From positions 4,921,708 through 4,985,707 of the forward strand of contig CM082585.2 in NCBI GenBank assembly GCA_040954595.2: a stretch of 64,000 bases of DNA, given 5' to 3'. Made by a program: the position numbers and the translations under genes. Of this stretch, positions 47,124 to 59,024 are shown in pieces. The notes below the pieces were generated by a model that was given only the letters and a program-made list of their open reading frames with translations, was not told the DNA's origin and ran no database searches. The number at the start of each line of letters is the position of its first letter. Within the stretch, counting starts at the first letter, position 1. Source of the DNA: Balanoglossus misakiensis. Its lineage: Eukaryota > Animalia > Hemichordata.

Positions 47124-48390
47124 TCATATTTCAGGATTTCACGCGAGGGCGTCAGTTTCGGAGATTCATTCACAACGTTGGATACCGCCGCCATCCAGAA
47201 GCCGTGGACTGGCCGAACGTTGCGAGCAACTTAACAACGTGGCGTATATCTTCAACCGCAAGACGGGCAGTACAACTCTTGTAACACTGATCGATAGATT
47301 CGCAAAGAAAAACCAATTTACTCATGAAAAACAAATTATACACCACGAAGGTAGCGGATACAAAGGAACCATGAGACTCTATCACGTGAATGGGGAAAAT
47401 CATGGTGCCGAATTAGCCGTGCTGAAAATGCAACGAAGAAATCGTATTCATTTCTTGAGAGAGAATGGAACACTAAATATTGTCGGCGCTGATAAAACTG
47501 GACTGAACTGCCGTGGTGCAAAATCTCCCAATACAATTTTGGTCTCAATCGTACGTGAGCCAGCTGCAAACTTTGAATCCGCGTTTGAATTTTTCCATTT
47601 GGAAAGATTCCTTAAGAAAACACATTATCCAAATAGCACCGCAAAATTGAAAGAATTTCTACAGAACGCAGAATATTACTTCAAGGTGATTCAAAGAAAG
47701 GGGGAACCACCCCAAGTGGCCGTGGTACGGAACGGCCAGGCCCGCCATCTCGGTTTGGACCAGGAATATCACCACAACCCTGATAAGTACTTTACAACAC
47801 TGGAGAAAGAACTTGACTTAGTTCTTGTGGCTGAATATTACGACCATTCCCTGGTGTTGCTGAAAAGGATTATGTGCTGGAAAATGGAGGATATATTGTA
47901 TATATCACGACGGGTGCGTTCGAGATCAAAGCGTGTTCCTCTCGATGAACACTTGAAAGAGTCCATACGCAAATGGAACTTTCTGGATGTCCAGATATAT
48001 GACATGTTCAACAAAACGCTGTGGCGGAAAATTCGAGAATATGGACCCGATTTTGACAAAGATTTGAAAGATTTCCGTTTGACCAGGGATGCAGTGGTGA
48101 AAGACTGCGACACATTTCACCGTGTTTCCCCGGGTACAATATCTTTGCTTGAGCGTCGGGGCACAGTTATGGGAAATGCTCATGGGTTCTGCACAAGACT
48201 GAACGTGGCCTGGCACCAGAGACATTCACGTATGTGGTGGAGGTATAAAGGAGGCGAATCGGTTTTGATCAGTCTTAAAGGTAAGGATTTCTATCCTATA
48301 AATGATTACCACTGCCCAAAAAACTATAGCCTACGATATGCACTCAAACTCAACACTTATAAGTCTGTCCGATACCCCAAACTTCCATAG
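47124..48390 (+). CDS. Galactose-3-O-sulfotransferase (galactosylceramide sulfotransferase-like) family, catalytic exon, copy 1
   Basis: CEQLNNVAYIFNRKTGSTT (5'-PSB), SIVREPAANFESAFEFF (3'-PB), RNGQARHLG, ELDLVLVAEYYDHSLVLLKRIMCW..EDILY, WNFLDVQIYDMFNKTLWRKI. Exon start inferred. Confidence 0.9.
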
Positions 48391-48899
48391 TTGAGTAATC
48401 TAGTTTTTCCTCAAAATTTTGTCACATTTCATTTTTGTTTATTCAGTTTCCTTCAGCCTAAACTGTTGTGGCAGTTTCGTTGTCCTTTAGAATTTTCCCA
48501 TTTTCCTAGATTATTCTGTTTCTCTTTTGCTTTGTTTTTCCACCAGTTTGATCCAGAGTTTTTTCTTTATGTATTATGTATTCAGCATGCACCTGTTCTG
48601 CTCTAAAATGTACATCTTCTTTGCAATTCTAGACAATTTGTTTTCTTTCTTTTTCTTTCAAATATTTTGTTAGGGCCATGAAGGAAGATCTGTTCTGACA
48701 AACTATATTTCATGGTCCCCACCAATAGTACAAAAAAATCAAATTTATGTAATTTAATTACTTCTTATGGTGAAATCAATTATAATTATAACACACCATG
48801 CAGCGAACCCTCGATCGTGATTCGTCAATACGACGTCACGTGACCTTAGTCATTTCGAACTTTTCCCCAGGGCTTCAGTTCGATCGGTTTGGTGTGTTA

Positions 48900-49078
48900 T
48901 AAAACACATGATGACAAGAGTGTATTTCTGATGACCTCGGGACTGCCAGTCACACCAAAACAGTCTGTTTTCCCTCGGACTATGCCCTCGGGCAGACAAG
49001 ACTGTTTTAGTTGTGACTAGCATCGCCCTCGGTCATCAAAATACACTGTCGCCCTCATTGTCAGTCATCATGTGTATA
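48900..49078. mobile_element. Palindromic MITE-like element (mirror 55757-55935)
   Basis: Nested inverted matches: ACACATGATGAC/GTCATCATGTGT, GTGTATTTCTGATGACC/GGTCATCAAAATACAC and AAAACAGTCT/AGACTGTTTT. Confidence 0.7.
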
Positions 49079-49378
49079 CTGTAAAATACAGCATAGATTC
49101 CACAGAGGTCGAAATGCTAAATAGAGTTCAGACTTCTTCGAGTACTGAATTTCCCTGCCGAGCTGCTAGCTATGTCGTAGCCTGTGAGGTGTGCGATTGC
49201 TGTTTGTGTTTTTTAATTCACTGGGCACTTTTCGAACAAACCTGAGGCAATATTTGATGTGCCCACGAGGACAAGAGGGAGATTAGTGTCGTGTCGCGAT
49301 TTTCCTTTTGAATTCTGACTGCTGCAAACAACCGCAATGACGTCAACAAAGAACACGTCGTATACAATGTGAAGTCCG

Positions 49379-49440
49379 TAGTCTGGTCCCCTGCCCCAAT
49401 CCCACCGCTGGCTGCGCTACTGGGGCAGGGGACCAGACTA
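49379..49440. mobile_element. 62-bp micro-MITE with 20-bp perfect TIR and 10-bp TSD
   Basis: TIR TAGTCTGGTCCCCTGCCCCA / TGGGGCAGGGGACCAGACTA; TSD GTGAAGTCCG at 49369-49378 and 49441-49450. Confidence 0.88.
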
Positions 49441-50545
49441 GTGAAGTCCGAAACTTGGTTTGGTTCGCGCCCTCGTCCGTGTGCATCTGCCAAAATTTCA
49501 GTTTTCTTGTTGGTCTGCAGATCGTCCATCTCCCGGAGAATTTAACTGGGACGTGACGGCGAATACATCCAAGATGCACTGCGCCAAAATCTCGTATCAC
49601 GAACGAAAACCGGAAGAAGACAGCGAGAGTTTAAACATCCACTTGTCAGCGAGTAACAGAATGTTGCAGGCCGATTTCAAGGTTGAGAAGTCAACAAATG
49701 AGTCATACATCGCAAAGGCGGAAATAAACGACACAGAAGACATACAGGTAAGGGAGCCGTCATTATTTATGGCCTGGGGGGGTCGGAGGAATCAAGGGGG
49801 GGGGGTTACTCAAAAATTGGAAGGCTGCAAGGGGGGGTTTCTCAAAAATTGTAGATGAAGAGGGGGGGGTTACTCATTTTTGGGAAATGTATCAAAGTTT
49901 TTCAACTGAAAGATTTAGTTGTGTGCTGTGCAAGTGCTGCAGCGCTCGCGACCTCTGGTCGCGGAACACCAGAGTGTCCACACTGCACTATCAAAGTATT
50001 TTTCCCAAAATTTGCTGATAAAGGATTGGCATGCTTGCCTGATCATGCATAAAAAACATTACTCCTTATTATATCAACAAAGTTTGATAATCATTTTGAC
50101 TTTTAACGATGCCTGTCCAAATTACACAATGCTACTTGATGGTTACTGGTTATGGGTGAGCTTTTACGGTAATCATTATTTAGTTGTGACTTTGAGATTG
50201 TTTTGTTGTTTCACCCTTTTCAATCCATCATGATGCAACTGATGATCACCTACAATGTAGCAGGGTGAACCTGGAGTTGAAAGGTCTTTTACTACACTAC
50301 TGTAATAGTGATTTTTATAATATACCTCATGCTAATACTGTGTCGTGATTCGCCAGAATCCGTCACGTGATAGGAAAATAGAATCGACTATGAACCGCTA
50401 GGGAAATAGCAGAAAAAATATAAACCGGTCACGTGACCAGCGTGAGTGCGCAAACTCGGTCACGTCCATCAGCGTCGCTTCGTCTGACACAATGGCCACC
50501 GCGGAAGATGTCGTCTGCCAACCTCAAGAGAAAATTGCCAGATTT

Positions 50546-50918
50546 TAGTCCGGCCGCCAAATCCACTTTTTTTGCCGAACCTTGTTTTGGCGTCTAAAGT
50601 TTTTTTTAAAGCGGATTCTGCTTGCATAGATCACCAGAGTGAAAGAAATGGTTACTGGAGCTCCGTCAGTGTTGAGCAATTTGAGATAATTAGCATAAAA
50701 AAATGGCCGCCAAATGATTTCAAATTATCAATATATAGGCCGGCTGCCAAGTCCGCTGTTTGTGACGAACCTTGTATTAGTGTCATCAGAGATTTTAAAG
50801 CGGATTCTGCTTGCATAGATCACCAGAGTGAAAGAAATGGTTACTGGAGCTCCGTCAGTGTTGAGCAATTTGAGATAATTAGCATAAAAAATGGCCGCCA
50901 AATGATTTCAATTATCAA
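50546..50918 (+). repeat. Two tandem ~185-bp copies of a TAG-starting repeat at the left palindrome junction
   Basis: Units start TAGTCCGGCCGCCAA (50546) and TAGGCCGGCTGCCAA (50736). An inverted, roughly 90% identical copy lies at 54128-54286. Confidence 0.85.
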
Positions 50919-52249
50919 TGTAAGAGATATAGAAATCACCTTTATAGTGCGAAAACAGGTTAGTTGTCATAATTGAGTATATTTAAATACTAATTTGCAT
51001 AAGTTAACGCTCCATGACGTATATACAAGTATTGTAAACCCTAAACATGAGTTACATACACGTTTTAACCAGATGAATGTTAATCTTTGCCGCAAAGGAA
51101 TATGGCCGTCACTGTAGTAAAATGAAAAATACAATGAAAACATTGCATTTCTCACTTTAGAACTTCATAAACAAAGCATGATCTCATCCAGTAGAACACA
51201 TGGAAGTAAATGTACTCCACTGAGACATTAGATTTTTTATTTTTCATGGCACAAAACTTGCGGAAATGTTTCACTATACTGATATTCCTTTCATTTTTGG
51301 CCATTTTATCATAAATTCATAAATAAGTGTTTTCTTGATATACTATCAGGCAATATCATTTATTACACCTAATTAGAAGTACAGTGTAGATCAGAGATTA
51401 TTTAAAGCTTAACTGTTTTTTATAAGTTGAACTGTATAAACGCAGATTATAACGTATTCTCTAAACTACAATAAACTACATTGAAATGTACATTAAAATG
51501 TACTAGACATTGTTCTGATCATATTTGTGTGTTTCCAAATGAGTGTATGCAATCCTGAAAGACCCGTATACATATCCTTTATCTGTATCTCGGATAAAGA
51601 TACACCTATTAAAAATGTTCGAGCAGAATGTCTCATTAGTCAACATGAGTTTTTTCCGGGATTTTAAGATTTGTTTACAAAATAAACATTGGCCAAATTT
51701 TAGACAAGGATATAATGAATAAAGTTAGCAACATTCTTATGATTCAGGACACACCTACAGCCTCCTATTCCTATATAAACACCATGGGAAGGAAACTGTC
51801 CCATTACAACAGAGACTAACATTACTGATGAAACAGGCTTTCTTTGGTGGCAGTCGTAGGCATGAGCATATTGTCATTAAACACAACTCAGGCTATATTT
51901 TTCAACAATGATGCCAAATGTAAATACACCGATGTTGAAATAATAAGAATGCTGAACTTCCTGTTACCTTTCTATACATCCATATGGAGCCAAGTTTATG
52001 TAATCTCTACGAAATATGATGTAAAACTATTGCTTGTAAATGTTCCAGTAACACCTTAGATAAGTCGTCGATTTCATAATTGTGAACTATCCTACTATAT
52101 GTGACCTACGGGTAGTCATAACCAGCTATAACCCTATAACCACTGAAATTAAATACAAACACTGGTCCCCAGATCGCATTTGTGATTCGCCTCGAAATAA
52201 TGTACTGATCAGCTGAACGAGATCTTTCAACCTTCAAATCTCTGTTCAC

Positions 52250-52560
52250 ACTTTTATCCTGAAAACACTAGATAAAACTGTAAAGTCTTCCGATCTATCC
52301 CTTTGATGTGCGTTTTCGAAAAGAACTGGTGTGGAAGATGTTAAGCTTCTTATTTTAAATTCATTTATAGAAACAACTTGAGAAACCTGAAGGAATGCGC
52401 AAGAAGACCTTTATAAAAATCAAGTAGAAATTGTCCCGACTCACACATACCTTGGCTCCATTTTTGATAATACATTAAAATGGGATGCCAACACGTATTT
52501 TGTAGTGAGAAAGAGCAGTGTTTGTATTTTTAAAGGAAATTGGCATCGTTTAGATAAGAA
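52250..52560 (+). pseudogene. Degraded Rex1/CR1-group LINE remnant in the spacer
   Basis: QVEIVPTHTYLGSIFDNTLKWDANT at 52421-52495 matches the post-RT VE.V..YKYLG..ID..L.W..N motif. Confidence 0.6.
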
Positions 52561-54127
52561 AGGGAAATTCATTCATTTAAAGCGTTCTAACATTTTCCTT
52601 CAGTTGGCTGCTGCCTATCTGTCCTTAAAAGTAAAAAATGCTGGAAAAGACAAGACAGTTCCAAAATAATCTGCACTCCTGTTAGAAATTAGCAATGTTT
52701 TTTTTATAATCAACAGGTATTTCGCAAAGCTTGCACAATCGATCCTTCAACATCCATGATTTATCACCATAGTTTAACTTCCTCCTCGTTCATTTTTAAA
52801 GGTTTCAGCTTGCAGGTTGAACAGGCACAAACATTCAGCTTTTAAACGATATGAGTTGATTGATGTTCCATGTGTATCCTTGCCCTTTTTAAATGTTCGA
52901 AATGTTTTCACAATGTGTATGTATGTTTTTCAAGAGTCATTGTTTGCCAAGTTTTGTGATGAATAAACAAAACTCCCGAGATGCGGTAAAGTTTGCAACT
53001 AATATGAGGAATTTAAAATTAGACACAGCTTATTACCTTTAAAACGAAATTGAGGCAGACATTCTCTGACTTTCGCAGAATAATTTACGAAATTCAGTGG
53101 TATCTAAAGAGACTTTGTAATTCCAAATATGACTCATCAGTCACTCAAATGGCAAGTGACAGTATTTCTGGATTTGACTCACAATAATAATTTGGCATTT
53201 TGGTAAATTACACTTTAGTTTGTTCCTTTTGGTCAATCTTGACTGGGGTAACATTCTCGCATGATACGTTGTCCAATTCGGGACACCTGGTACGGCCACT
53301 TCAAGTAGTTCAAGGCGATAAAATATAGCAACTGCCATTATCAATTATTTCTTGGAGCTGGTAATTTTACCTCGTATGATAATGATTATTGGACTGGATA
53401 TGACGGCATTATGTTGCCTTTGAGAAAGGGCGAAGGATTACCTGGCTGCTCATGATAAATGTGTGATAATCAACATTAATTTTGCGAAAGAAGATTTATG
53501 TACTTGCAATTCTCCCGACTTTAAATAGATTTTTGCTACCCAGGTGAGTAATAAAAGTCTCATCTGGTCGACACAATTCCAAGATGGCCGAGTTTTTGCC
53601 ATGTTTAAGAAATGGGAGTTCATAAGCTAAAGTGATATTCGGTCATTCCGATACTTTGTAACTAAAAAAATTTTTAAATGTAAAAAAAGTTGATTGACTT
53701 TAATATGTCAACTTCAAAGCAGAAATGTTTGACCAAAGGAAGTCATGAAATACATTAAACATATAATGTCTTCTATCTATTACTCTAGTGAATTGTCTAC
53801 TTTTTACCCATAATGCAATTATTATGGGATTTTACCCTCTAGCACAAAGTGAAAAACTATTTAAGGTGGCCAGAATTATAAAACAGTGATAAGAAATGTT
53901 TTAAAATGACTGCACGTAGCAAAATACATATGTAAAAGTTATTCAACAAAAACAGAGGTTCACAGATGGCCACCATCTTGAAATTATGCAAATTAGCTCA
54001 TTATAAATGGCAACATTTATTTTCTAGTTTGTCTTAAGCAACAACTTGGTGAAATAAATGATAAAAACAAAGCTACAGGGTGTATAACGTTCGTTTGACT
54101 CTTCTTTCTCAGCCAAAATGCAATACG

Positions 54128-54286
54128 TTGGCGGCCATTTTGATTATGCTAATTTATTCAAATTGCTCAATGCTGACAGAGCTCCAGTAACAATTTTTTT
54201 CACTTTGGTGATCTATACAAGCAGAATCCGCTTTAAAAAAAACTTTAGACGCCAAAACAAGGTTTACCCCTCTGGCGGCCGGACTA
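54128..54286 (-). repeat. Inverted copy of the junction repeat
   Basis: Reverse complement is similar to 50546-50713, with several substitutions and one divergent block. Confidence 0.85.
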
Positions 54287-55394
54287 AAATCTGGCAATTT
54301 TCTCTTGAGGTTGGCAGACGACATCTTCCGCGGTGGCCATTGTGTCAGACGAAGCGACGCTGATGGACGTGACCGAGTTTGCGCACTCACGCTGGTCACG
54401 TGACCGGTTTATATTTTTTCTGCTATTTCCCTAGCGGTTCATAGTCGATTCTATTTTCCTATCACGTGACGGATTCTGGCGAATCACGACACAGTATTAG
54501 CATGAGGTATATTATAAAAATCACTATTACAGTAGTGTAGTAAAAGACCTTTCAACTCCAGGTTCACCCTGCTACATTGTAGGTGATCATCAGTTGCATC
54601 ATGATGGATTGAAAAGGGTGAAACAACAAAACAATCTCAAAGTCACAACTAAATAATGATTACCGTAAAAGCTCACCCATAACCAGTAACCATCAAGTAG
54701 CATTGTGTAATTTGGACAGGCATCGTTAAAAGTCAAAATGATTATCAAACTTTGTTGATATAATAAGGAGTAATGTTTTTTATGCATGATCAGGCAAGCA
54801 TGCCAATCCTTTATCAGCAAATTTTGGGAAAAATACTTTGATAGTGCAGTGTGGACACTCTGGTGTTCCGCGACCAGAGGTCGCGAGCGCTGCAGCACTT
54901 GCACAGCACACAACTAAATCTTTCAGTTGAAAAACTTTGATACATTTCCCAAAAATGAGTAACCCCCCCCTCTTCATCTACAATTTTTGAGAAACCCCCC
55001 CTTGCAGCCTTCCAATTTTTGAGTAACCCCCCCCCCCCCTTGATTCCTCCGACCCCCCCAGGCCATAAATAATGACGGCTCCCTTACCTGTATGTCTTCT
55101 GTGTCGTTTATTTCCGCCTTTGCGATGTATGACTCATTTGTTGACTTCTCAACCTTGAAATCGGCCTGCAACATTCTGTTACTCGCTGACAAGTGGATGT
55201 TTAAACTCTCGCTGTCTTCTTCCGGTTTTCGTTCGTGATACGAGATTTTGGCGCAGTGCATCTTGGATGTATTCGCCGTCACGTCCCAGTTAAATTCTCC
55301 GGGAGATGGACGATCTGCAGACCAACAAGAAAACTGAAATTTTGGCAGATGCACACGGACGAGGGCGCGAACCAAACCAAGTTTCGGACTTCAC

Positions 55395-55456
55395 TAGTCT
55401 GGTCCCCTGCCCCAGTAGCGCAGCCAGCGGTGGGATTGGGGCAGGGGACCAGACTA
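55395..55456. mobile_element. Mirror copy of the 62-bp micro-MITE
   Basis: Same TIR and TSD as 49379-49440. Confidence 0.88.
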
Positions 55457-56444
55457 CGGACTTCACATTGTATACGACGTGTTCTTTGTTGACGTCATTG
55501 CGGTTGTTTGCAGCAGTCAGAATTCAAAAGGAAAATCGCGACACGACACTAATCTCCCTCTTGTCCTCGTGGGCACATCAAATATTGCCTCAGGTTTGTT
55601 CGAAAAGTGCCCAGTGAATTAAAAAACACAAACAGCAATCGCACACCTCACAGGCTACGACATAGCTAGCAGCTCGGCAGGGAAATTCAGTACTCGAAGA
55701 AGTCTGAACTCTATTTAGCATTTCGACCTCTGTGGAATCTATGCTGTATTTTACAGTATACACATGATGACTGACAATGAGGGCGACAGTGTATTTTGAT
55801 GACCGAGGGCGATGCTAGTCACAACTAAAACAGTCTTGTCTGCCCGAGGGCATAGTCCGAGGGAAAACAGACTGTTTTGGTGTGACTGGCAGTCCCGAGG
55901 TCATCAGAAATACACTCTTGTCATCATGTGTTTTATAACACACCAAACCGATCGAACTGAAGCCCTGGGGAAAAGTTCGAAATGACTAAGGTCACGTGAC
56001 GTCGTATTGACGAATCACGATCGAGGGTTCGCTGCATGGTGTGTTATAATTATAATTGATTTCACCATAAGAAGTAATTAAATTACATAAATTTGATTTT
56101 TTTGTACTATTGGTGGGGACCATGAAATATAGTTTGTCAGAACAGATCTTCCTTCATGGCCCTAACAAAATATTTGAAAGAAAAAGAAAGAAAACAAATT
56201 GTCTAGAATTGCAAAGAAGATGTACATTTTAGAGCAGAACAGGTGCATGCTGAATACATAATACATAAAGAAAAAACTCTGGATCAAACTGGTGGAAAAA
56301 CAAAGCAAAAGAGAAACAGAATAATCTAGGAAAATGGGAAAATTCTAAAGGACAACGAAACTGCCACAACAGTTTAGGCTGAAGGAAACTGAATAAACAA
56401 AAATGAAATGTGACAAAATTTTGAGGAAAAACTAGATTACTCAA

Positions 56445-57711
56445 CTATGGAAGTTTGGGGTATCGGACAGACTTATAAGTGTTGAGTTTGAGTGCATATC
56501 GTAGGCTATAGTTTTTTGGGCAGTGGTAATCATTTATAGGATAGAAATCCTTACCTTTAAGACTGATCAAAACCGATTCGCCTCCTTTATACCTCCACCA
56601 CATACGTGAATGTCTCTGGTGCCAGGCCACGTTCAGTCTTGTGCAGAACCCATGAGCATTTCCCATAACTGTGCCCCGACGCTCAAGCAAAGATATTGTA
56701 CCCGGGGAAACACGGTGAAATGTGTCGCAGTCTTTCACCACTGCATCCCTGGTCAAACGGAAATCTTTCAAATCTTTGTCAAAATCGGGTCCATATTCTC
56801 GAATTTTCCGCCACAGCGTTTTGTTGAACATGTCATATATCTGGACATCCAGAAAGTTCCATTTGCGTATGGACTCTTTCAAGTGTTCATCGAGAGGAAC
56901 ACGCTTTGATCTCGAACGCACCCGTCGTGATATATACAATATATCCTCCATTTTCCAGCACATAATCCTTTTCAGCAACACCAGGGAATGGTCGTAATAT
57001 TCAGCCACAAGAACTAAGTCAAGTTCTTTCTCCAGTGTTGTAAAGTACTTATCAGGGTTGTGGTGATATTCCTGGTCCAAACCGAGATGGCGGGCCTGGC
57101 CGTTCCGTACCACGGCCACTTGGGGTGGTTCCCCCTTTCTTTGAATCACCTTGAAGTAATATTCTGCGTTCTGTAGAAATTCTTTCAATTTTGCGGTGCT
57201 ATTTGGATAATGTGTTTTCTTAAGGAATCTTTCCAAATGGAAAAATTCAAACGCGGATTCAAAGTTTGCAGCTGGCTCACGTACGATTGAGACCAAAATT
57301 GTATTGGGAGATTTTGCACCACGGCAGTTCAGTCCAGTTTTATCAGCGCCGACAATATTTAGTGTTCCATTCTCTCTCAAGAAATGAATACGATTTCTTC
57401 GTTGCATTTTCAGCACGGCTAATTCGGCACCATGATTTTCCCCATTCACGTGATAGAGTCTCATGGTTCCTTTGTATCCGCTACCTTCGTGGTGTATAAT
57501 TTGTTTTTCATGAGTAAATTGGTTTTTCTTTGCGAATCTATCGATCAGTGTTACAAGAGTTGTACTGCCCGTCTTGCGGTTGAAGATATACGCCACGTTG
57601 TTAAGTTGCTCGCAACGTTCGGCCAGTCCACGGCTTCTGGATGGCGGCGGTATCCAACGTTGTGAATGAATCTCCGAAACTGACGCCCTCGCGTGAAATC
57701 CTGAAATATGA
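56445..57711 (-). CDS. Galactose-3-O-sulfotransferase family, catalytic exon, copy 2
   Basis: Translation identical to copy 1. Confidence 0.9.
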
Positions 57712-58001
57712 CTATAACCGGTAATTGGATCACTTACGCGTCATCATAAATTGAAACAATAAGTATATACATCGCGCACTCTTGGACGCGAGAGCGAGCG
57801 CACGCGCAGTCAAAATGAATCTAGGTCTTCATATATACAACTTATTCTCTGACCATTTTTCAACTAAAATAGCCGCTGTAAGTACGAAAGGTTCATTGTC
57901 ATAGCAAGTGCATTTCAATCCTTCGTATAGTTTAATTATAATGGAATTAAATTGCATTGGCCAAGACAGTAGATGCTATAATGCAGATATTATTCACCTA
58001 C

Positions 58002-58096
58002 CTATATGTCTTTTTGACAAATGTACTCGAATAGTCTTCATGCAACACATAGTACAAGGTTACAATGACACTGACACTTAACATCACCAAGAACAT
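58002..58096 (-). CDS. Gal-3-O-sulfotransferase-family gene copy 2, putative transmembrane-anchor exon
   Basis: Mirror of 46739-46833. Confidence 0.6.
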
Positions 58097-58985
58097 TAGT
58101 CGTATCTAAAATAAATCAAACATGTCTGCATACTTTAGTCCTAAATTTAGACATAAAAACAAGCCACTGTTTTTTCATCAGTAGTAGATAAATTTCATTT
58201 TATTCGGGCATAACACAACCTCAAATAAATCACCTGTACTTAGTCTCCATGCCCCTTCATGCAAATTTGCATTCGTATGACACAGTGGAAAAATTCAGAT
58301 TTGCATACGTATCGCACGGTGGATTCATGCAAATTTGCATACGTATAACTCAGTGGAATCATGCACATTTGCATACGTATGACACAGTTGAAGATGTGTG
58401 TACAGCACACTATAGCATTGCATAGTGCATTGCAGTGGGTGTACAATAATGACCACTAATTACCTTGGTAATTTCAGACATAGTTTACAAGCTTACTGGA
58501 TGCATATACTTAGCAGCGTTATTTTCTTCGTGACGTCACAGATGTTCTTATTCGCAACTTTTACCGAAGATGTACTGTTGAAATGAGAAACATGAATGAG
58601 CAAAAATGTTGAGTACACAATTTGCATATTTAATATTTCTGAGCATTGTTTCCCCATTTTCGGTCAAAAATCCTTTTGTCTAAAACCGCTTGCTTTGAAA
58701 TTTAGTAGGAATGTTTCTTGGGGTAACCCAAGTAAGGTGTTGAAAAATAATAGTGAAATTTGCATATTTGTGTAATTGGGGAAATTTTTGCAATTTTTCG
58801 TCAAAAATTGTTTTCTTTCAAACCGCGTGTCAGAGTGCTTTGACCTTTGGTAGTTATGTTACTTGTGGTGATTGAAATAATATACTTATTTGGTACTCTA
58901 TATGTTTACATAAATTTAATAGGCCAGCTGTCACAAAGACTACCAGCTGTTCTATTATTAATTACCAGTGGCAGGTCAGTGAGCG

Positions 58986-59024
<39 letters not shown>

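Larger units (their letters stand above)
40836..50559 (+). repeat. Left arm of giant inverted duplication (outer end not determinable in this window)
   Basis: Reverse complement of 54273-64000. Paired ORFs have identical translations and coordinate sums of 104832-104837. Confidence 0.98.

Noticed and set aside
49218-50233. Short ORFs apparently conserved in two places (e.g. 49460-49858 and 54974-55375)
   Set aside because: Identity is due only to the inverted duplication, not selection.
51860-51965. KYTDVEIIRMLNFL, reminiscent of Penelope-like RT
   Set aside because: A very short match from memory; cannot be supported without a search.
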